From: Bradymonadia bacterium
Lineage (GTDB): Bacteria; Myxococcota_A; Bradymonadia; UBA7976; UBA1532
Direction of reading: 5' to 3'
Assembly (NCBI GenBank): GCA_046290225.1
Contig: JBKAGE010000004.1
Coordinates: 1-64,000 of the forward strand
DNA: 64,000 bases
In this document: positions 10,301-16,984 of the stretch, one piece after another
Position numbering within the stretch: the first letter of the stretch is position 1
Layout: the number at the start of each line of letters is the position of its first letter
Program-made: the position numbers and the translations under genes
The notes under the pieces: generated by a model
Told to the model about the DNA's origin: nothing
What the model saw: only the letters and a program-made list of their open reading frames with translations
Database searches by the model: none

Positions 10301-10887
10301 AGCGGTATGTCGGGGAACCGGGCACGCAGCGCCTCAGCGAGGGTGCGCTCGTGGCCCGGATGGGCGTAGGCGTGCAGCAACGACACTGCGAAGGCCTCAG
10401 CGGTGGAGAGCACATCGTGATGACGGTCGATCCAGCGCTCCACGTCTTCTAGGGGCTGCCAGACTTCACCTTCAGGGCCGATGCGCCCCTCGATCCCCAG
10501 GACATGGTCGTCGGGCAGGAGGGGATCGTCGACGACAGGCTGCAGTGCATAGAGATCGGGACGGTTCTGTCGCTTCAGACGCAGGATGTCTTCGAATCCG
10601 ACGTTGGTGATCCAAATCACCGAGGCCACCGCGTGCTCCAAGAGCGCGTTCGTGGCCACAGTGGTGCCGTGACGCACCTCGAGACGCCATGCTTCCTGGA
10701 GATCTGGTGTGCCCAGAGCTTCGGCCAGAGCCTGGAGGGCATCGAGCACAGCCCGACCTGGATCGTCGGGGGTGGAGGGCACCTTCAGGCGCACGGGAGC
10801 CCGCCCTTCGGGCCGAGCGACGAGATCTGTAAAGGTGCCACCTGTGTCCACGGCGGCGACGAGCTGAGGGCGGCGATTGGAGGCCAT
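7318..10887 (-). CDS. Fused hydantoinase A/B / 5-oxoprolinase family protein
   Basis: VDTGGTFTD, HGTTVATNALLE, LSGPAGG, DMGGTSTD, NIKERRDFSCA, NDPYAGGTHLPD, HTHMTNTLNTPVE. Confidence 0.95.
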   Translation of the reverse strand: MASNRRPQLVAAVDTGGTFTDLVARPEGRAPVRLKVPSTPDDPGRAVLDALQALAEALGTPDLQEAWRLEVRHGTTVATNALLEHAVASVIWITNVGFEDILRLKRQNRPDLYALQPVVDDPLLPDDHVLGIEGRIGPEGEVWQPLEDVERWIDRHHDVLSTAEAFAVSLLHAYAHPGHERTLAEALRARFPDIPLTVSHQLAPVFREYERASTVVVNASLAPIMARYLDTLEVAVHPAPLRVMGSDGGLMSARAAAEAPVHTVLSGPAGGVRGAWHVGLASGRQQLLALDMGGTSTDVSVMVGTLAPTDDGDLGGHPLRVPLLPIETVGAGGGSIAFVDAGGVLRVGPRSAGAVPGPACYGRGGTEATVTDAHVVLGRLPHLLGGAMALDVEAARSAVGSLAAHLNASLEDTAQAILAIAEATMARACKSVSLAQGHDPRALSLVAFGGAGGLHACALAEALGCPEVIFPSDPGVLSAEGIVDAPLGAASTVSLFSMETAWSAEVMAQQLSDQIERASTRLRKMAAPDRIEAPVIEAYADCRYSGQTYTLSISCPDPLTPESLRKAFDDQHTERYGHAHGPERKVEWVALRVFARTETATHTQHTTDPDRAVQGPRALSSYSATLWLPEGWLAVPMSEGGWRCTQLKDASKPADRAASMALALEIHRQRISAIAEEMGATLMRAAFSANIKERRDFSCAIFDARGQMVAHAAHIPVHLGATPLSVRAAIDSVPMPPGSQVMLNDPYAGGTHLPDVTVVAPVYLPGAEAPSFYVANRAHHADVGGISPGSLPAPRRPDGSVRSLTLADEGFCVGPTLIDAEARARFADASRTPAERLGDLNAQEAANRQGERQLLALAARFGAEEVERLNHGLVDYAERRMRAVLDALPDGTWRFTDHLDDDGVGTEPVAIPVTIRLEGDQATVDLTASAPVVPGPLNGVRAIAESAVFYVFRALAGAVSEDHGDLPANSGLMAPITIHTRPGTLIHAEPPAAVSAGNVETSQRLVDALFGALAQGMPHLIPGASGGSMNNVLFGGERTPGGQRFVHYETLAVGAGGGPTGPGAHGVHTHMTNTLNTPVEALERAFPVQVVRYALRRPFPEVLEGSHSGGTGIVRAWRFFTPVEVTLMTERRTLAPWSVGLEAHGERGRNALHRADGSVEILPGKISLYAEAGDTLEVSTPCGGHWRPS

Positions 10888-10985
10888 GGATCATCCTCAT
10901 CGAATCTTCAGAGCTGCAGGCTCCAGAGGCGCCACACCATAAACTTCAGGCCACCTTCATGTAAGGTGAGCCCTCAAGCAAAGAC

Positions 10986-12125
10986 GTGAGGCAGATCATG
11001 AGGCGAGGTTCGACCCCCTGGCTTGGTGCGATCACCCTGGGGCTGCTCCCGCTCTTCGGGTGTGATGACGCTGGCAGCACTGACGAAGTTGCCGACGCGG
11101 GCCCCGTTGCGATGGACATGTCATCTGCGGACGCCAGCGAGGGTGCACCCGATGCGACGCTGATGGTGGAGGATGCCGGCACTGACATGGCCCTCGAGCC
11201 GGACATGGGCGAGGTGGCTGCGCCCGACATGGGCCCGCCCCCGATGCGTGGGTGGTCCACGGCGGCTGAGCTCCCCGGCCCGCGGCAGGAGACCGCTGTG
11301 GTGGCCCTCGACGGCGAGATTTTCGTCATCGGCGGGTTCGATGGGCGTCTGCGCATCGTCGGTACGGTGGAAGCATACGATCCAGTGGGGGACACCTGGC
11401 GCGCAGTGGCTGATCTGCCTGTGGCTCTGCACCACGCCAACGCCGCGGTGCACGACGGCAAAATTTATGTGCTCGGGTTCCTCGGTCGCGGGTTCGCCGC
11501 TGATGGCCGCGGCTACGTGTACGACCCGGCCCAGGACACTTGGAGCCCCGTGGCCCCGATGCCCGACACTGAGGCCCGCGGTGCGTCAGGCACGGTGGCC
11601 ATCGGCGATCGCATCTACGTCATCGGCGGACTCGACGGGGCCCAGGCAGTGACGTTGAGTACGGCGTACGATCCCACCACGGACACCTGGGGCCCCATGG
11701 CCGACATCCCCAGCCCCCGTGATCACATGGTGGCCACGGCGGTGAATGGCGAAGTGATCGTCATTGGCGGCCGAAACACTCGCATCGAGGCCCACACCCC
11801 ACAGGTCGACATCTACAACCCCGAGTCTGACACCTGGCGCACCGGCAGCCCCGCCGAGGTCTCCCGTGGTGGCATGATGGGGGCCGCCATCGACAATCGA
11901 GTCTATGTCTTCGGCGGTGAAGGCAATGAGGGGGACGCCACAGGGGTCTTCGCAGCCACCGAGGTCTACGATGTGGAGGCTGACAGCTGGGAGACCCTGG
12001 CGCCCATGCCTGCGCCCCGTCACGGTACGGGCGCTGCTGCCATCGATGGGCGAATCATCATCCCAGGTGGGGCAGACGTGCAGGCCTTCGGCGCCGTCGA
12101 CACTGTAGAGATCTACACCCCATAG
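10986..12125 (+). CDS. Kelch-repeat lipoprotein
   Basis: Lipobox LFGC, acidic linker, about six kelch repeats (IYVIGG...YDP..DTW). Confidence 0.9.
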   Translation: MRQIMRRGSTPWLGAITLGLLPLFGCDDAGSTDEVADAGPVAMDMSSADASEGAPDATLMVEDAGTDMALEPDMGEVAAPDMGPPPMRGWSTAAELPGPRQETAVVALDGEIFVIGGFDGRLRIVGTVEAYDPVGDTWRAVADLPVALHHANAAVHDGKIYVLGFLGRGFAADGRGYVYDPAQDTWSPVAPMPDTEARGASGTVAIGDRIYVIGGLDGAQAVTLSTAYDPTTDTWGPMADIPSPRDHMVATAVNGEVIVIGGRNTRIEAHTPQVDIYNPESDTWRTGSPAEVSRGGMMGAAIDNRVYVFGGEGNEGDATGVFAATEVYDVEADSWETLAPMPAPRHGTGAAAIDGRIIIPGGADVQAFGAVDTVEIYTP

Positions 12126-12200
12126 GGACATCACCCCGTGGTGAAGCCCAGCTTCGCTCTTGTATGGGACGGCAGCCTCTGGTAACCCCCGTCGACCCCC

Positions 12201-14981
12201 TTGAAGTGGAGCCGGATCCCCGTGAGCACCGCCAGCAACACCCCCGAGATGTCTGCCGTCGTCAACGCCCTCGCCGCCGAGGGCGAGCGGACCCCTGATC
12301 GCCTGAAGCCCGCTGTAGATGCAGGAGAAGGCATTCTGAAGCGTCGGCTGCCTGCCAAGGCATACGAAAACGCTGTGGCCCATTGGCGCCAGGCTCTCAT
12401 CGCCGCCGGCGCCGCAGCACTTGAGGGTGGCGATCCTCAGGCGGTGGAGAACGCCCTCTTCGCCGCGCACCCAGACAGCCCCATCGACGAGCGGGCGTTT
12501 CGTCTGGCGTGGCTCGCCGTGGTGGATCACCTGAGCCGCTCTGGGGACAAGCCCCCCTTTGGTGGTGCTGGCAAGGCCGAGTCCTGGGCCCTCACCGCTG
12601 CGAGCCGGCCCTGGCCCCACGTCGATCTCGGTGGAGTGGCGAAGCGCATCGCCGACATGCACGGCACTGGTCAGCACGTGGTGGTGGTCCGTGGTCCCGG
12701 CCGCAGTGCCTGCCTCGCAGAGGTCCGCCGCCTGTTGCTCGGTGCCCACGGTGCCAAGAGCCCCGTGACGCCCGTGATGCCCGGGGCGCGTGATGACTGG
12801 GCACCCGTGCTCAAGCCCTTGCTTGAGCAGGTAGACCTGCCCGAGCAGCTCACCAAAATCATCCCCCAGCTGCGGTACGGAGAGGACTTCGTGGGCCTCA
12901 TGGGTCGTGCCGGTGACAGTGCCCCTGTGGCCATGATCGTCGACCACGGCCACATCCAGTCTCGCAGCCTGTTGCTCGGGCTGGCGCTCTACCTTGAGCC
13001 CGCTCCGGAGCGGAAGGCCCTGCTGGTCATGGGGGCCCCAGAAGATCCGAAGTTCGACGGCCCGCTCTCCGAGATCATCGGCGACGCCCGGGGCCGCGGC
13101 ATCCTCACGGAGTTCACGCTCAGTGACTGGAACGCCGAGGTGGCTGGCGCCCTGGTGAACACGTGGTACGGCGACACCGATCACGGCGCTGTGACCGAGG
13201 CCCTCGTAGCCGCCCTCGACGGGGTGCTGGGGGAGGGTGCCTTCGGCGCTGCGCGGGCGTGGCTCTCGGCCCTCGAAGGCCAGAGCGTGGACGAGGCTGT
13301 GAGCAGCCTGAAGGCGGGCTTCGATCCCGAGCCGCTGTTGCCCAAGTCCACCCGGGCCCGGGAGATCCTCGCCGCTGCTGCTCTCGAGGGTCAGCTGTTC
13401 CACGGCTTTGCTGTGGGCAAGGTCTTCGGCCGTGACGAAGACTTCATCGAAGATCTGCTCTTCGACGACGAGCTCGAGATCGACGGCGAGGTGGTCGGCA
13501 CCTGTGAGGCGGCGATTCCCCCTGGGGCTCAGCAGTGGACGGATCTTCCTGACGGTCTGCACCCCATCTTCGAGTTCGGCGACATGCGCCTAGTCATCGC
13601 GCTGCGGCGCACCTTCGCCCCTGAGCTTGCCCGTGGCCGGGCCCGAGCGCTGCGAGATCATCTGCTCCAGGGCTACCAGCAAGGTGGCGCGTGGCAGGTG
13701 TCCGGCACCCTGTGGAACCTCGACCAGATCGGCGGCCGTGATCGGCGCGTCGAGGGGTTGCTCGTCGGCCGCCCCGACGCCCAGCGTGTGCAGGCCGCTT
13801 TCGGTCGAATGCGCCCCGTGCTCGATGCCAAGGCGCCCTACGGTCTGGCTCTCGCCCGCCTCTACGGCGCAGGCATGGAGGCCGGCGCCCTCGGCGCCCA
13901 GGTGGGTCAGCTGCAGTTCGCCGATCAGGGCTTCCAGGCCGCCGCCGCTGCAGCTCAGCGTCTTCAGCGCCCTGGCCCCGCCGGTGAGGCCCTCGCCCGC
14001 CTAGCCGAAATGCGCATTGCCCTGTCGCTGCCTCAGCAGGCCGGGGAGGCGCTCCAGGTGGCGCGCCAGCTGCTCGAGGCCGCGCAGCACGATCGCAGCC
14101 TCGCCCGGCTCGATCTCATGCAGGCCGAGGTGCACATCCTGGATGCAGATCTCGCCACCGGCGAGCAGCTGCTCGAGCAGGCTGTAGGCACCCTGCGTGG
14201 CCTGGGCGATCAGGGCCACGTGGCCCTGGGTCTCACCCGAATGGGCCGTCTCGTCTTCGAGCGCGGTGACGCTGGCCGGGCCAAGGCCCTCCTCGACGAG
14301 GCTGTGGGCCTCGCTGACCAGCTGGGCGATCCGCGCCCTCGGGCCGCCGCCCGTATGGCCCGGGCCCACGTGGCGGCCCACGAGGGCGATCTGCAGCCGG
14401 CTTTCCAGCTGCTCCAGCAGGCCGCGCAGCTGTTTCAGGCTGTGGGCATGCCCGTGCACACTGTGGAGACCGCAGCCGCCGGCCTCCAGCGCCGCTCTGG
14501 TGCGCCGGAGCAGGCAGAAGAACGCCTCCGCAAGGTGGCCGAGGCCTTCAAGCAGGCCCGGGCTGCGGTGCAGTGGGCGGACGCCTGGCAAGAGGTCGCC
14601 CAATGCCTCATCGATCAGGAGAGCTTCTCCGAGGCGGTGATGGTGGTGCGGGAGACCGAAGAGGTCCGGCAGCGTGCTCGGGACCGCTTCGCGCTGATGC
14701 GGATGTACGACAGCTTGGGTCAGGCCCTCATCGGCAGTGGTGATCCTGCCCGGGCCTATGGCGCCTTCGCCCGAGGTCGTCGCATCGCCGAGATCCTCTC
14801 TCTGGGTAACCGGATGGGTGGCTTCGACGCTGAGATGGCCAAGCTGACCTCGGCCCTCGATCAGCGCGCCGACGCTGATCCGACAGCGATCTCTGCGGAG
14901 GCGGTGGCCTTCATCGACGAGCTGGAGGCCCGCTGGAAGGCGCCGCCTCAACCTGTGCAGCAGCCCAAGCAGGTGCATTGA
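12201..14981 (+). CDS. TPR-repeat protein with a degenerate STAND/AAA-like N-terminal module (start uncertain, possibly ATG 12249)
   Basis: VVVRGPGRS and MIVDHGH at Walker A/B-like positions, LAAAALEGQLF winged-helix-like segment, long Ala/Leu-rich TPR-like C-terminal half. Confidence 0.6.
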   Translation: MKWSRIPVSTASNTPEMSAVVNALAAEGERTPDRLKPAVDAGEGILKRRLPAKAYENAVAHWRQALIAAGAAALEGGDPQAVENALFAAHPDSPIDERAFRLAWLAVVDHLSRSGDKPPFGGAGKAESWALTAASRPWPHVDLGGVAKRIADMHGTGQHVVVVRGPGRSACLAEVRRLLLGAHGAKSPVTPVMPGARDDWAPVLKPLLEQVDLPEQLTKIIPQLRYGEDFVGLMGRAGDSAPVAMIVDHGHIQSRSLLLGLALYLEPAPERKALLVMGAPEDPKFDGPLSEIIGDARGRGILTEFTLSDWNAEVAGALVNTWYGDTDHGAVTEALVAALDGVLGEGAFGAARAWLSALEGQSVDEAVSSLKAGFDPEPLLPKSTRAREILAAAALEGQLFHGFAVGKVFGRDEDFIEDLLFDDELEIDGEVVGTCEAAIPPGAQQWTDLPDGLHPIFEFGDMRLVIALRRTFAPELARGRARALRDHLLQGYQQGGAWQVSGTLWNLDQIGGRDRRVEGLLVGRPDAQRVQAAFGRMRPVLDAKAPYGLALARLYGAGMEAGALGAQVGQLQFADQGFQAAAAAAQRLQRPGPAGEALARLAEMRIALSLPQQAGEALQVARQLLEAAQHDRSLARLDLMQAEVHILDADLATGEQLLEQAVGTLRGLGDQGHVALGLTRMGRLVFERGDAGRAKALLDEAVGLADQLGDPRPRAAARMARAHVAAHEGDLQPAFQLLQQAAQLFQAVGMPVHTVETAAAGLQRRSGAPEQAEERLRKVAEAFKQARAAVQWADAWQEVAQCLIDQESFSEAVMVVRETEEVRQRARDRFALMRMYDSLGQALIGSGDPARAYGAFARGRRIAEILSLGNRMGGFDAEMAKLTSALDQRADADPTAISAEAVAFIDELEARWKAPPQPVQQPKQVH

Positions 14982-15392
14982 GCGGACGACCGTGCCTTTG
15001 GCACCGTCTGTAGCGGACGGCCGTGCTACGCACCGCCTGTAGCGGACGCCTGAACCAGCTGCGCTGGTACAGAGCTGTAGCGGACGCCGAGTCTGCCTCC
15101 GGCAGCCTGAGCTGTAGCTTTCTAAGAGAGTTGGGTGGGAGTTATGGGCTTTTCAACCCAGGTAGGGGCTTACGCCGGAACTGGTCCGTCAGGGACCAAT
15201 GGCGTTCGCGGTAGATGAGCCCACGCTCCTCAACTGATCTTCAAAAAGCTACAGGGAATTTGCCGGAGGCAAATGAGCGTCCGCTACAGCTCTCGCCGCA
15301 GGCGAGGCGTCCGCTACAGGTTGTCGCCGCAAGGCGATGACCGTCCGCTACAGACGCAGCGAAGCGAAAGCTTTTGCTGGGTCGTCCGCTCA
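14979..15392. repeat. Nested inverted-repeat element (REP/REPIN-like or structured RNA) with three four-way junctions
   Basis: Complementary arms 14979-14991/15380-15392, 15005-15020/15341-15356, 15036-15051/15305-15320, 15071-15087/15277-15293, 15094-15104/15261-15271, 15112-15121/15245-15254, with small hairpins between the outer arms. Confidence 0.9.
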
Positions 15393-15394
15393 GT

Positions 15395-16984
15395 TCAAGC
15401 CGCTGACAGCACACCCATCAGGGCCACCAACCACCTCGCGTGGCCCGCCATCAGCTGCACACTGGTGAACTCCTTTTCGCTCTCTGGGGCGAAGTATCCA
15501 GTGCCCAGATTGGCCACCAGAGTGCCCTGATCCAGGAACGGGTCCACCCCGGTGCCCCCGCGAATGGGCCGCTCCAGCACATCCACTCTGGCGATCTCTG
15601 CGGCGGCCTTGGGCCAGGCCACCAGCTCTGGCCGATGGGCCATGCGGGGGGCCATGTTCACGTATTGATCAGTGAAGGTCGCCACCGCACCCTCGGGCAC
15701 CTGACCACGGATGTGGTCCTTACGCGCCTCGAGGCCCTCAGGGGTGAAGTCCCGGATCCGCAGATCGACGCGAATGCCGGTCTCTTGGGTCTCGATGCGG
15801 TACGGCTGGGTGTACCCCTGGCGATTGTCCGAGTCCTCGGCGCTGATGGGGTGCATGCCGTCACTGGCAAGGAACCGCTCGATGAATTGGAGGGCTGCGT
15901 CGATGCCCCCTTCGGCTTCACCGCTTGCGGCTTCGAGGGTGCCGACCACATAGCCTGCGCCTCGACAGACATGGGGCTGGACCACCCGCTCCACGGCACC
16001 CTTGAGTGCGTCGAAATGCGTCCGGGCTGCGGTTTCTGTCGTCGCAGACAGCCGGAACCGGACCGTGGCATCACAGTCTCGGAGCGGATCGCATTCGAAG
16101 CTCACAGGTGTGATGTCGCCGCGGAGATCGCCGAGAGCCCCCATGATCTCGGTGGTGAGTCGGGTCGCTGGACGGTGACCCTCGCTCTTCGCCGTGGCCC
16201 CGTGGGTGTTGACCCCGAGCACCTGCACTTCGACCTGCCATGGGCCTGCGGCGACAGGAGTCTTCTGGAACACCAGGCCGCAGTGGGCGGCGTTGAAGTT
16301 CTCCACGTTGATCTCGTAGGGCAGCAGGCCATCGATGGTGAATCCGGTGTGCACCCCGCGCTCGGCGAGAGACTTCGCCAGCCCCAGCAGGGCCTCCTCC
16401 CGGCCGATCTCCTCATCGGGGCGTCCGATCAGCAACAGCGGAGGGTGGGGCAGATCGCTGTGCGCATGAAGCACCCGCGCCAGGGTCATCATGTGGGTCA
16501 GGCCCAGCTTGTCGTCGAGCCCGAAGGGGGCCTTGCCCGTACCGTAGACCAGATCCTGGCCCACAAAGGCTGTCAGATCCGGGTAGGTCTCCACGTCGAC
16601 CTGAAGCCGATCGTTCTCGGGGTAGGGGATCCGATCGCCGCCCCAGCTCGAGAGCACGTTGAGATCGGTGAGGGCCGCGGTGCCCCGGGCGGTGTCGAGA
16701 TGCACCATCAAGGCCACCGGTGGCTGAGATGCGCCCGGGCCGCGGCCAGGGAAGGTGGCGATGATGTTGGCGAAGTCGTCACGCTCCACCTCGGCGCCCA
16801 GCTCGGCGAAGAAGCCTGCGAGGTAGTCCGCCAGGTGGGCTTGCCCCTCGGTGCTGGGGACTGTGTCGGAGCGCTCGTCGCTGGCGCTGTCGATGGCCAC
16901 CACCGACTTGAGGTGCTCCAGGGCCCAGGCGCCGAGGGTGGCGTCGTCGAGGGCGGTCAGATCGATCGCGGTGAGATCGGTCAT
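15395..16984 (-). CDS. pepT: Peptidase T-like M20 metallopeptidase (divergent, enlarged)
   Basis: VPSTEGQ, HLDT, GLDDK, PDEEIG, FTIDG, ENFNAA, PIRGGT; ATG 16984 overlaps the upstream stop (ATGA). Confidence 0.8.
   Translation of the reverse strand: MTDLTAIDLTALDDATLGAWALEHLKSVVAIDSASDERSDTVPSTEGQAHLADYLAGFFAELGAEVERDDFANIIATFPGRGPGASQPPVALMVHLDTARGTAALTDLNVLSSWGGDRIPYPENDRLQVDVETYPDLTAFVGQDLVYGTGKAPFGLDDKLGLTHMMTLARVLHAHSDLPHPPLLLIGRPDEEIGREEALLGLAKSLAERGVHTGFTIDGLLPYEINVENFNAAHCGLVFQKTPVAAGPWQVEVQVLGVNTHGATAKSEGHRPATRLTTEIMGALGDLRGDITPVSFECDPLRDCDATVRFRLSATTETAARTHFDALKGAVERVVQPHVCRGAGYVVGTLEAASGEAEGGIDAALQFIERFLASDGMHPISAEDSDNRQGYTQPYRIETQETGIRVDLRIRDFTPEGLEARKDHIRGQVPEGAVATFTDQYVNMAPRMAHRPELVAWPKAAAEIARVDVLERPIRGGTGVDPFLDQGTLVANLGTGYFAPESEKEFTSVQLMAGHARWLVALMGVLSAA

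Noticed and set aside
11586..13562. 658-aa minus-strand ORF
   Set aside because: Antisense to the kelch and TPR genes with no recognisable motifs; typical high-GC shadow frame
14979..15392. CRISPR array or retron msr/msd interpretation of the TGTAGCGGACG repeats
   Set aside because: The repeats are only about 11-17 bp, switch orientation midway and are separated by self-hairpins; no cas or reverse transcriptase gene was recognised in the window
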